Source: Aminobacteriaceae bacterium (lineage in GTDB: Bacteria; Synergistota; Synergistia; Synergistales; Aminobacteriaceae). Taken from it: a DNA stretch of 29,769 bases. The stretch lies in NCBI GenBank assembly GCA_041678025.1, contig JBAYOX010000001.1, positions 1 through 29,769 of the forward strand. The letters are read 5' to 3'. Numbering within the stretch: the first letter of the stretch is position 1; each line of letters begins with the position of its first letter. Under the pieces are notes generated by a model that was given only the letters and a program-made list of their open reading frames with translations, made no database searches and had not been told where the DNA came from. The translations under genes were made by a program, and so were the position numbers. Below, piece after piece: positions 17,296-26,089 of the stretch.

Positions 17296-18474
17296 TCACG
17301 GCTGTTCGAATGTTCCTCGCGCTAATATTTCACCATTTTCCATAAGGAGACGCCCTTTTGCTAACACAGATTTGGGTTTGAGATGGCCGTCAAGGATCAG
17401 GATATCTGCGTCCTTTCCGGACTGTATTCTCCCTTTACTCGTCAGCTTCAAATGATCAGCCGGGTTGGACGTAATGAACGAAATGACAGTCTGAGCCGGA
17501 AGATCACCTTGCCGCAACATTTCCATCGCTGCTCCAAGAACTGAATCAAGAGGGCTGACTTTCAAGCCCGTCATTTCTCCTTGTTTGTTGAAAGACGGCA
17601 TAGATCCGTTTCCGTCGGAGCTAAAAGTGATATTCTTAGTCTCAACGCCGCCTTTAATAAGACGTGATACTGCGTCGCCTGTTGATAATTCTAAAAGCGA
17701 ATTTTCTCCAGAAGACGCGGTTATATCGAGGTAGCCGCCTGCAACGCCAAAAGCGACGGACTCCTCCATGAGGGAATTGCACCTTGAAATGTGAGTGGGG
17801 GCAAACTGTGTGATGGGAATATCCGTACCTTTAATGGCGTCCAGGAGAGGGGTCAATCCAGAGGTTTCACTTCCCATATGGACGCACAAGCAGCCCGCCT
17901 TGCCCGTCAGGATCCCTCCTGCCCTTACATCCGAGACTGCCCGCCGTATCTCTTCTTTAGAAGGATGCGAACTCCTGTGGTCCGATACGGCGAGCTTCAG
18001 ACCTAAGACCTTGTCTATTAGGCAAAGATCTCTCTTTACATCTCCCGTAAAAGTGGCGGAGGGCAGACTGTAGCTTCCAGTAAGGATCCAGGTGGAGATG
18101 CCCTCCTCTTCCAGCCCTCTTGCTTTCATTAATAGTTCCTCGAGCGCGCGGCAGGTTCCGTCAGTCCCCAGCATACCTACGGCTGAGGTCACCCCCGCCC
18201 TCACAAATGAAGACAGTTGTAAAGGAGGTGTTCGGTTGGCTGGCCCTCCTTCGCCTCCCGCTCCGTTGAAGTGGACGTGTCTGTCTATAACGCCTGGCAT
18301 GGTTAGATCCCCGCAGGCATCCAAAATGCGTAGATCCCCGGAGAGTGTCGAAAGAACGCTACGGTCGGTCTTTCCTGCGGCAGATACAGAAATGATTTTT
18401 CCAGCGATTATCAGAATATCGCTGAGACCTTTCGGTTCAGGGGAGTACAGATCAGCATTTTCGATTAAAAGCAT
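17296..18474 (-). CDS. iadA: Isoaspartyl (beta-aspartyl) dipeptidase (392 aa)
   Basis: PGVIDRHVHFNGAGGEGGP..RTP, GMLGTDG, TGSY, GLKLAVSDHR (carbamylated Lys), VHMG, PTHI, SSDGNGSMP.F: all IadA metal ligands are present. RBS AAGGAGAG supports the ATG at 18474. Confidence 0.93.
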   Translation of the reverse strand: MLLIENADLYSPEPKGLSDILIIAGKIISVSAAGKTDRSVLSTLSGDLRILDACGDLTMPGVIDRHVHFNGAGGEGGPANRTPPLQLSSFVRAGVTSAVGMLGTDGTCRALEELLMKARGLEEEGISTWILTGSYSLPSATFTGDVKRDLCLIDKVLGLKLAVSDHRSSHPSKEEIRRAVSDVRAGGILTGKAGCLCVHMGSETSGLTPLLDAIKGTDIPITQFAPTHISRCNSLMEESVAFGVAGGYLDITASSGENSLLELSTGDAVSRLIKGGVETKNITFSSDGNGSMPSFNKQGEMTGLKVSPLDSVLGAAMEMLRQGDLPAQTVISFITSNPADHLKLTSKGRIQSGKDADILILDGHLKPKSVLAKGRLLMENGEILARGTFEQP

Positions 18475-18552
18475 TAGAAAACTCTCCTTTTCTGAAGTCG
18501 TAGATGTGGCAAATAGATCGTTCTTTCGCGGCTGTTCTGCAATAGAAGGGAG

Positions 18553-18582
18553 AAAAAAGGTCCTCCGTATAGCCGGAGGACC
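18553..18582 (-). terminator. Intrinsic terminator/attenuator between the NhaC-family gene and iadA
   Basis: Perfect 9-bp stem GGTCCTCCG/CGGAGGACC with a 6-nt loop, followed on the minus strand by T6, starting 7 nt after the transporter stop. Confidence 0.75.
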
Positions 18583-18589
18583 AACCATA

Positions 18590-19996
18590 TTACACTGTTT
18601 TCTTCAGGTCAGAAGGCCATATCGCTATGCCGGTGAATCCGTAGAACCAGGCGGTTAGGAAGCCAAAGTAGCAAAGGATGGCCCATGGGGCATACTCGAA
18701 GACAGAAACATCAAGAACAGTAGACATATAGATGCCTGCCGCCGACCAGGGTATGAGTGGAACAACTACTGTACCCGAGTCCTCAAGCGTCCTTGAGAGC
18801 ACTCTCCTGGAGATATTCATTTCATCGGCTAGATCCTTGTACATGGTCCCTGGTACTATCTCGCTCAGATATGAGTTCCCCGTGCCGAGGCCGGTGAGTA
18901 TTCCAGTGACGGATGATGAGAAGACGAACCGTCCCTTGCTACTCCCAATGAACCGGTCCTTAAGGGAGGAGCAGATTGTGCGGAAGGTTCCTGTATACTC
19001 CAATTCACCAGCGAAGATATAGGCAAAAAATACCACCACGACTGAGCTGGTCATAAAAGACAAGCCCCCTCTGCTCAAAAGACTGTCTATTGCCGTAACG
19101 CCTGTGGTTATCTTAGGGCCCGACGCCATGGCTTTGGCTATTGAGGAGATATCGTAGCCTTGCATCATTGCTAGAGGTATGGCGAGAGCGATTGCGATCC
19201 ATAGTACCGGGAGGGTGGGGTAGCGCATGTAGGCCAGCACTAGTACAACGAGGGGAGGAATAAGGACAATGGGTGTAACTTTGAAGGTATTGGAAATGCC
19301 TTCAATTATTACGTTCACAGACGAAAAGTCGATCTCTCCGGAAGAGCTCGACCCAACGTACCAGTAGAGCCCGAGGCTCAGTATGAACGCGGGAACCGTA
19401 GTCCAGAGCATAGATCTAATATGGTCCATTATATCCACTTCCGCAACCGCCGCAGCCAGGACAGTTGTGTCTGAAATCGGGCTTATCTTATCGCCGAAAT
19501 ATGCCCCCCCAACAATTGCTCCGGCCGCTGCAGCGAGAGGTACTCCCAGTCCTTGGGCTATGCCCATTAAGGCAACTCCGAAGGTGGCTGCTGTCCCCCA
19601 CGAAGTTCCCGTGAGAGTGGACGACAGCGAGCAGATAACAAACGCAGCCATGAGGAATGTCTTCGGAGTCAGTAGTTGAAGGCCTGCATAAATCAGATAC
19701 GGGATGGTTCCTGAGACCATCCATGCCGCGATAAGAGGCCCTACGGTCAAGAGTATCATAATTGCACCGGTCGCACGTCCTATCATAGGAACGACACCTT
19801 TTTCGAAGAGTTCATTCCATGAATAATTGTAATGGTACACGTAAACGGTCGTTGTGAACATGCCAATGAACATAAGCAACAGGGCAACGTCGAAACCCAT
19901 TACAAGTCGACCCAGTACAATGATAAACAAAATGGCACCAAAAACCAGTATGGCTCCTCCAAGAGAAATATTCTTGTGCGTCTTTTCTGTAGGCAC
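18590..19996 (-). CDS. NhaC-family (Na+/H+ antiporter-like) transporter; substrate probably an amino acid or small peptide
   Basis: GTSWGTAATFG, GAYFGDKISPISDTTVLA, LSRTLED.GT...PLIPW, and about 12 TM segments. GTG start with RBS AGGAGGAG. Confidence 0.88.
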   Translation of the reverse strand: MPTEKTHKNISLGGAILVFGAILFIIVLGRLVMGFDVALLLMFIGMFTTTVYVYHYNYSWNELFEKGVVPMIGRATGAIMILLTVGPLIAAWMVSGTIPYLIYAGLQLLTPKTFLMAAFVICSLSSTLTGTSWGTAATFGVALMGIAQGLGVPLAAAAGAIVGGAYFGDKISPISDTTVLAAAVAEVDIMDHIRSMLWTTVPAFILSLGLYWYVGSSSSGEIDFSSVNVIIEGISNTFKVTPIVLIPPLVVLVLAYMRYPTLPVLWIAIALAIPLAMMQGYDISSIAKAMASGPKITTGVTAIDSLLSRGGLSFMTSSVVVVFFAYIFAGELEYTGTFRTICSSLKDRFIGSSKGRFVFSSSVTGILTGLGTGNSYLSEIVPGTMYKDLADEMNISRRVLSRTLEDSGTVVVPLIPWSAAGIYMSTVLDVSVFEYAPWAILCYFGFLTAWFYGFTGIAIWPSDLKKTV

Positions 19997-20101
19997 TTTA
20001 CACTCCTCCTTGTTTTGTTTTTCAATTATGAAGCAAACGGAAACAACTTCTCATTCTTTCCGTAAACGCCCTTTAATAATGCCGCCGCTCTCCCTCCCCA
20101 T

Positions 20102-20155
20102 ATTATTGGATTCATTATTGGATACGTCATTGAATATAATAGCTCCATGAATTCA
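20102..20155. promoter_or_regulatory. Operator-like direct repeats overlapping the NhaC promoter
   Basis: TGGATTCA(20107), TGGATACG(20119) and TGAATATA(20131) at a 12-bp period, plus the palindrome TGAATTCA(20148). A related TGTATCCA/GGTATACT pair lies at 20296/20308. Confidence 0.55.
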
Positions 20156-20165
20156 GCGTTGTCAA
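20136..20165 (-). promoter_or_regulatory. sigma70 promoter for the NhaC-iadA side
   Basis: Minus strand TTGACA(20165-20160)-18 bp-TATTAT(20141-20136). Confidence 0.65.
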
Positions 20166-20267
20166 GTGTTAGGTCTAAACAAAATACACCTAAATAAGCA
20201 CCTATAAAGAAGAATGAAGCCCCTCAGAGCTTTGAACCAACGAATATATAAATTTATGAAAGTGCTA

Positions 20268-20296
20268 TTGACTTTGTTTTTTTCGCGCTATAGAAT
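20268..20296 (+). promoter_or_regulatory. sigma70 promoter for the peptide ABC operon
   Basis: TTGACT(20268-20273)-17 bp-TAGAAT(20291-20296). Confidence 0.8.
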
Positions 20297-20363
20297 GTAT
20301 CCATAATGGTATACTTTATTCCGCGCGACGAAAATTTATCAATAGAAAAGGGAGGAATGTATT

Positions 20364-21983
20364 GTGAGGAAAGGACTCGCCGCAGTACTAGGAATCGCTC
20401 TGCTGCTCTCATTGTTGGGAGTTGCCGCGTTAGCAGCGTCATGTGAGCTCGTGATCGGAATGCCGGGGGATGTTCACTCGATGGATCCCTATACGCTTAA
20501 CGAAACAATTAACAACGCGCTCAACAACCATATTTTCGACACGCTGATCGAGACGGATAACAGTCTCCAACCCAGGCCGGGTCTCGCCGAGAGTTGGGAG
20601 ATTTCGGAGGATTCCCGTACTTGGATTTTTCACCTCAGAAAGGGAGTGACCTTCCATAATGGCAACCCTTTCACCGCTGACGACGTCATTTATTCCTTCG
20701 ACCGCTCCAAGGATAGGGAGGTCGGTGCCGCCTTCGTGTACGTGCTATCAACAGTTGAGGATTACGAGAAGATCGACGACTATACGCTGAAGGTGACCTG
20801 CAAGTCGCCCAACGCCCTGTTATTGGCGCACTTCAAGGATTTGCTGATTCTGAACAAGGCGCACTGCGAAGGCCGGGGGAACGACTGGATTGCGCTGAAT
20901 CCCAACGGTACAGGCCGCTACAAGCTGGTCGAGCACGTGCGCGGCGACAGGCTCGTGTTCGAACGCAATCCTTCTTTCTGGGGGGAGCAGCCGAAAGCCG
21001 AAAAGGTCACGTTCAAGCCTATCACCAACGAGGGAACCAGGACTGCCAATATGCTCTCGGGCGCGGTCGACCTCGTTGTCGATGTCCCCGTGCGCGACGT
21101 AGAGATGCTGGAGAACAACAAAAATGTCGCCGTCATCTCCCAGCCAGGGCTGCGCGCCATCTATCTCAACTTGGCAGGTTGGAGCGACATGCCGTCGAAG
21201 GATGCGAAGATGCAGCTGAAGTCCCCGGACGGAAGCAATCCATTCAAGGATATCCGCGTCCGCGAGGCGATGTACCGCGCCATCAACATCGGCGAGATCG
21301 TCGATAAGATTATGAACGGCTTCGCGAAGCCGATGGGTACCTACTCCCCCGAAGGTTATAACGGCTTCAATCCCGATGTGAAACGTTTGGACTATGACCC
21401 CGCGCTCGCTGAGAAGCTACTTGACGAGGCTGGATACAAGCGCCAAAGTGACGGTTATCGCTTCGAAGTCACCCTTGATGCTCCCAACGATCGTTACATC
21501 AACGACGGCCCCGTAGCCACGGCAATCGCGGGCTACTTCGAGAAGGTCGGCATAAAGGTAAATCCGAACCTAATGTCCCGTTCGGTCTTCTTCTCCTACA
21601 TTTCCACGTCCAACAGCGCCGGGGACAACACGCACCTTTGCATGACCGGCTGGTCTGATTCCGGAGGTGAGAGCGCCCTGATCGGCCTCGACATGCTCTA
21701 CAGCATCACCCAAAACGGCGAGGTTAAACCGGGGTACGGCGGAGTCAATAGGGGTTACTACTGCAATCCTGAGGTTGATCGGTTGATCGATGAAGCCATT
21801 GCCACTGGAGATCCAGCGCAGCGTGGCGAAATTATGAAGAAAGCCTGGCAGCTGGCCGCCGACGATGTCTCATACATCCCCCTGTACTTCGAGGTGGATC
21901 TGTACGCTCACGGCAAAAAGATTACCTACACGCCCCGCAAGGACAAGTACGTTTTTGCCTGGGATGTATCCTTTAACGACTAA
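20364..21983 (+). CDS. Peptide/dipeptide ABC transporter substrate-binding protein (family 5, DppA/OppA-like)
   Basis: Signal peptide, IFDTLIE, PGLAESWEISED..TWIFHLRKGVTFHNG.PFTADDVIYSF, NGTGRYKL, DIRVREAM..AIN. GTG start with RBS GGGAGG. Confidence 0.92.
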   Translation: MRKGLAAVLGIALLLSLLGVAALAASCELVIGMPGDVHSMDPYTLNETINNALNNHIFDTLIETDNSLQPRPGLAESWEISEDSRTWIFHLRKGVTFHNGNPFTADDVIYSFDRSKDREVGAAFVYVLSTVEDYEKIDDYTLKVTCKSPNALLLAHFKDLLILNKAHCEGRGNDWIALNPNGTGRYKLVEHVRGDRLVFERNPSFWGEQPKAEKVTFKPITNEGTRTANMLSGAVDLVVDVPVRDVEMLENNKNVAVISQPGLRAIYLNLAGWSDMPSKDAKMQLKSPDGSNPFKDIRVREAMYRAINIGEIVDKIMNGFAKPMGTYSPEGYNGFNPDVKRLDYDPALAEKLLDEAGYKRQSDGYRFEVTLDAPNDRYINDGPVATAIAGYFEKVGIKVNPNLMSRSVFFSYISTSNSAGDNTHLCMTGWSDSGGESALIGLDMLYSITQNGEVKPGYGGVNRGYYCNPEVDRLIDEAIATGDPAQRGEIMKKAWQLAADDVSYIPLYFEVDLYAHGKKITYTPRKDKYVFAWDVSFND

Positions 21984-22045
21984 GGCAGAGCAGCAAGGAC
22001 GTTACTTGCGTCTCTGATCTAACGCAGGGAATTTATGAAAAAAGA

Positions 22046-22079
22046 GCGGCGGACTCAGCCCCAAAGGAAGGTCCGCCGC
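22046..22079. other. Stem-loop between the binding-protein and permease genes (mRNA stabiliser, or minus-strand terminator)
   Basis: GCGGCGGAC(22046-22054)/GTCCGCCGC(22071-22079), preceded by an A6 tract. This position is typical for differential stability in ABC operons. Confidence 0.55.
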
Positions 22080-22109
22080 ATTCTGTACCATCGGTATGGA
22101 GGTGGAACT

Positions 22110-23072
22110 GTGTTTTGCTTCATCGTCAAGAGAATGTCTCAGCTCGTCCTTGTCCTGTTCGCCGTCTCGCTTATTATCTTCCTTTTCACCAGTGTCATGG
22201 GGAATCCGGTCTATCTCATGGTCAAGGAGAACGCTCCCGCTGCGGATATCCAGGCGGTCACAGCTGCTCTCGGACTGGACAAGCCGCTCCCCGTGCAGTA
22301 CGGTATTTTTGTCAAAAACGCGCTCCAGGGGAATTTCGGCAAGTCTTACATGAACCACCTTCCAGCCCTCGGCCTCATAGTCGAACGCTTTCCAGCCACG
22401 CTTGAAATTGTAGTCGTTGCGCTGCTTCTGTCGGCGCTCATTGGGATTCCCTGCGGAGTTGTCTCTGGCGCGTACCCGAAGAGTCGCTTCAGCCGGGGGA
22501 TCATGGCCTTTTCGATCGCTGGCATCTCTATGCCCTCCTTTTGGGTAGGCATGGTGCTTATCTACTTCTTCAGCCTCTATCTCGGGGTGCTCCCTGTCTC
22601 TGGAAGGGGGGACATCGGGACGTTACTAGGAATCAGGACCAGCCTTGCTACGCTTAACGGTTGGCAGCATATCATCCTCCCATCAGTCACGCTGGCGCTG
22701 GGGACGCTCGCTACCATCATTCGTCTGACTCGGTCGGGGATGCAGGAGAACATGAAGCAGGACTATGTACGCTTCGCTAAATCCAAGGGCGTGACGAGAC
22801 ATAGCGTACTCTTCGGTCACGCGCTGAAGAATACGTTAATCCCTGTGGTCACCATCTTCGGCATGCAGATGGGAACGCTCATCGCCTTTACCACCATCAC
22901 AGAAACAATTTTCGCGTGGCCAGGCATGGGGAAGCTGTTAATTGACTCGATCAACAGCCTGGACCGACCAATTATCGCGGCGTATATTCTCTTCGTGGCG
23001 GTGATGTTCGTTTTCATCAACTTCATCGTGGATATTCTCTACGTCTTCATAGATCCGCGGATCGATCTGTAG
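22110..23072 (+). CDS. Peptide ABC permease (DppB/OppB-like, 320 aa)
   Basis: LGLDKPLPVQY, RFPATLE, SMPSFWVG, EAA loop QDYVRFAKSKG, TETIFAWPGMG. RBS GGAGGTGG supports the GTG at 22110. Confidence 0.92.
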   Translation: MFCFIVKRMSQLVLVLFAVSLIIFLFTSVMGNPVYLMVKENAPAADIQAVTAALGLDKPLPVQYGIFVKNALQGNFGKSYMNHLPALGLIVERFPATLEIVVVALLLSALIGIPCGVVSGAYPKSRFSRGIMAFSIAGISMPSFWVGMVLIYFFSLYLGVLPVSGRGDIGTLLGIRTSLATLNGWQHIILPSVTLALGTLATIIRLTRSGMQENMKQDYVRFAKSKGVTRHSVLFGHALKNTLIPVVTIFGMQMGTLIAFTTITETIFAWPGMGKLLIDSINSLDRPIIAAYILFVAVMFVFINFIVDILYVFIDPRIDL

Positions 23073-23091
23073 TGAAGGGAGGCAGCGTATA

Positions 23092-23991
23092 ATGACAGTT
23101 ACCGCGCGCTCTGGCCGCTGGAGTGCCTTTCTGCAATCGGAGTTTTTTCATAACTACAAGCGATCTCTCTCCGCCGTAGTCGGCTCCATTCTCGTCCTCT
23201 TCGTTCTTCTGGTCGCCATATTCGGACCCCTGTGGACGGTACAGAACCCTTATAATATCGCGTCCCTCGAACTGCGGGACGCCTATAAGCCCCCTGCCTG
23301 GGTCGAGGACGGGGAGTCACGTTTCTTTCTTGGGACCGATCAGCAGGGGCGCGATATGCTCAGCGCCATCGTTTACGGTAGCAGGGTCTCTCTTGTCATA
23401 GGCGTGGCCGGAACTTTGCTGGCTAGCGCGATCGGTATCGTCCTCGGACTTGTAGCCGGTTTCTTCGGCGGCCGTGCCGACTCGATCATCATGCGGATCG
23501 CGGACATTCAGCTCTCCTTTCCGACCATGTTAATTGCGCTCTTCCTGATGTCCGTTCTCGGTAGGGGAGTGGTCAATATTCTCATTTCACTTACACTGGT
23601 GGGATGGGTCCGCTTCGCCAGGACGGTTCGTGGTGAGACACTCTCGGTCAAGAAGCGCGAGTATGTCGAGGCCGCAAGGGTCATTGGCCTTCCAAACGTC
23701 CGGATTCTCTTCAAGCACGTTCTGCCCAACGTCTTCGCCTCGATCATCGTTCTCGCTACGATTCAGGTGGGCAACTTCATCCTCACTGAGGCCACTCTCA
23801 GCTTTCTTGGGCTGGGCGTCCCCATCACGCGCCCTTCGCTGGGCATGCTCTGCAACAACGGCTTTACGGTGCTCTACAGCGGACTTTGGTGGGTCTCTAT
23901 CTTGCCCGGACTCTACATCATGATCATCGTATTCGGCATAAACCTTCTGGGCGATTTCCTGAGGGACGAACTGAATCCGAAGCTCAAGTAA
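23092..23991 (+). CDS. Peptide ABC permease (DppC/OppC-like)
   Basis: FLGTDQQGRD, YGSRVSL, EYVEAARVIG, EATLSFLGLG, NLLGDFLRD.LNPK. Confidence 0.92.
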   Translation: MTVTARSGRWSAFLQSEFFHNYKRSLSAVVGSILVLFVLLVAIFGPLWTVQNPYNIASLELRDAYKPPAWVEDGESRFFLGTDQQGRDMLSAIVYGSRVSLVIGVAGTLLASAIGIVLGLVAGFFGGRADSIIMRIADIQLSFPTMLIALFLMSVLGRGVVNILISLTLVGWVRFARTVRGETLSVKKREYVEAARVIGLPNVRILFKHVLPNVFASIIVLATIQVGNFILTEATLSFLGLGVPITRPSLGMLCNNGFTVLYSGLWWVSILPGLYIMIIVFGINLLGDFLRDELNPKLK

Positions 23992-24005
23992 GGGGGACGG
24001 ACGGA

Positions 24006-25031
24006 ATGAACGACACGCTACTTGAAGTTAAAAATTTGCGTACCTACTTTCATACATTTAAAGGGATCGTCAAGGCGGTCGATGATGTCTCCTTCTCCGT
24101 TGAACGCGGCGAGATCCTAGCCATTGTTGGCGAATCGGGGGGCGGAAAGTCCGTCACGGGCTTTTCTATCATCCGACTGATCGAAGAGCCTGGTGTCATC
24201 GAGTCCGGAGAAATTCTCCTTGAGGGGCGCGACGTGATGGAGCTCACCGAGCGTGAGGTGGACCGTCTTCGAGGGAAGGAGATCTCCATGATCTTTCAAG
24301 ATCCTATGACCTCGCTGAATCCTGTGTACACCATAGGGCGGCAGATAGAAGAGAGTCTGATCCTCCACACAAAGCTGAACAGGGAGGAGCGTCGCGCGGC
24401 TTGTCTCGACCTGCTGCGATCGGTCGGTATTTCCAACCCTGAGAGCCGCCTGAAGGCATACCCTCACCAGCTCAGTGGCGGTATGCGACAGCGGGTGGTC
24501 ATCGCGATCGCGCTGGCCGCAGATCCCAAACTGATCATTGCCGACGAACCCACCACGGCGCTCGACGTAACGATACAGGCTCAGATACTACGCCTGATGG
24601 CCAACCTTGTAAGGGCGAAAAACCGATCGATGATCCTTGTCACCCACGACCTCGCCGTGGTCTCGGAAATGGCCGACCGAATCAACGTGATGTACTGCGG
24701 CAAAATCGTCGAGACAGGCTCCGCGCGGAAGGTCATCGACGAGAGCATGCATCCGTACACGAAGGGGTTGATCGATTCTATTCCCAACCTGGAACGCGAC
24801 AGGATGCGGCTGAGCACCATCAAGGGCATCGTCCCCAACATGTTCGAGTTGCCCGAAGGGTGCAACTTCGCCCCCCGCTGCTCATGTGCCACGGAGTTCT
24901 GTTTAAGAAACGAGCCTCAACAGAGGGAAGTTGAGCCGGGGCACTTTGTCGCCTGTCACTTTCCGTTGAGAAGCGGAACGTACGGCCTTTCGGAGCAAAC
25001 CTGCGGACGAAGCGGAGGTGTCTGCTCATGA
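24006..25031 (+). CDS. Peptide ABC ATPase (DppD/OppD-like, 341 aa)
   Basis: Walker A GESGGGKS, MIFQDPMTSLNP, YPHQLSGGMRQR, ADEPTTALD, HPYT, and a C-terminal Cys cluster. Start at the ATG 24006. Confidence 0.93.
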   Translation: MNDTLLEVKNLRTYFHTFKGIVKAVDDVSFSVERGEILAIVGESGGGKSVTGFSIIRLIEEPGVIESGEILLEGRDVMELTEREVDRLRGKEISMIFQDPMTSLNPVYTIGRQIEESLILHTKLNREERRAACLDLLRSVGISNPESRLKAYPHQLSGGMRQRVVIAIALAADPKLIIADEPTTALDVTIQAQILRLMANLVRAKNRSMILVTHDLAVVSEMADRINVMYCGKIVETGSARKVIDESMHPYTKGLIDSIPNLERDRMRLSTIKGIVPNMFELPEGCNFAPRCSCATEFCLRNEPQQREVEPGHFVACHFPLRSGTYGLSEQTCGRSGGVCS

Positions 25032-26026
25032 CGCAACTGCTGGAAGTGACCAACCTGGAACAGCGATTCGACCTAAATACGGATTTATTGAGTAAACTCG
25101 TTTTTGAAAAGGGACGCATCATAAAAAAGGAGCGTCTTGTGAAGGCCGTCAACGGCGTTAGCTTCTCTGTCGACAGGAGAGAAGTCTTTAGTATCGTGGG
25201 TGAATCCGGGTGCGGAAAGTCGACCGTCGCCCGCACGGTGGTGAAGCTCATCGAGCCGAAGGGAGGGAGGATTCGTTACGAAGGCGAGGATATAACTGAA
25301 CTTTCCCGAACAGAGATGTTGCCATTTCGGAAACGGATGCAGATGATCTTTCAAGATCCCTATGCCTCACTGAATCCGAGGCAGCGGGTGATGGACATCC
25401 TTGTAGAGCCGATAATCTTCCACGGAATCACGCGGTCGTCGGATGAGGCGCGTGAGAAAGCACTTGAAATTCTAAACAGGGTCGGAATCCGTCCGGAGCA
25501 GGCGTCGCGTTATCCGCACCAGTTCAGCGGAGGGCAGCGGCAGAGGATAGGTATTGCACGCGCGCTCGCTGTAGAGCCGGAGTTCATCATCGCCGACGAG
25601 CCAGTATCCGCGCTTGACGTCTCTATACAGGCTCAGATTCTGAATCTGCTGATGGATCTGAAAGAGGAATTCTCTTTCTCGTACCTCTTCATCGCTCACG
25701 ACCTCTCTGTGGTGAAGCACATCAGCGACACTGTTGCGGTGATGTACCTCGGGAGAATAGTGGAGAAGGGCAGCAAGGCGCATATCTATGGAAATCCGCT
25801 GCACCCTTATACGCTCGCCCTCTTCTCGGCGATTCCCCGTATTTCGGGGACGAAGATGCGCACCGGGCGCAACCTGGAGGGGGAGATTCCAAGCGCGATC
25901 GACCTTCCGCCGGGGTGTTGCTTTCATACGCGTTGCCCGAAGGTGCTCCCGGTCTGTAAGGAGGTTGTTCCGGAGGAGCGGGAGATAGAACAGGGACATT
26001 TCATTTCGTGCCACTTGTTTACATAA
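25028..26026 (+). CDS. Peptide ABC ATPase (DppF/OppF-like)
   Basis: GESGCGKS, QMIFQDPYASLNPR, YPHQFSGGQRQR, ADEPVSALDVSIQAQ, HPYT, GCCFHTRCP. It overlaps the previous stop by ATGA. Confidence 0.93.
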   Translation: MTQLLEVTNLEQRFDLNTDLLSKLVFEKGRIIKKERLVKAVNGVSFSVDRREVFSIVGESGCGKSTVARTVVKLIEPKGGRIRYEGEDITELSRTEMLPFRKRMQMIFQDPYASLNPRQRVMDILVEPIIFHGITRSSDEAREKALEILNRVGIRPEQASRYPHQFSGGQRQRIGIARALAVEPEFIIADEPVSALDVSIQAQILNLLMDLKEEFSFSYLFIAHDLSVVKHISDTVAVMYLGRIVEKGSKAHIYGNPLHPYTLALFSAIPRISGTKMRTGRNLEGEIPSAIDLPPGCCFHTRCPKVLPVCKEVVPEEREIEQGHFISCHLFT

Positions 26027-26089
26027 ACGGACGAGCCCGAGCGGTTCAACCGGCCTCGATGCTGTACCAACGATAAAGGACGTGTATTC

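Noticed and set aside
26038-26058. Small palindrome CGAG-CGGTTCAACCG-GC-CTCG before the M20 gene
   Set aside because: It is short, has a 1-nt centre and no U tract, so it is within chance.
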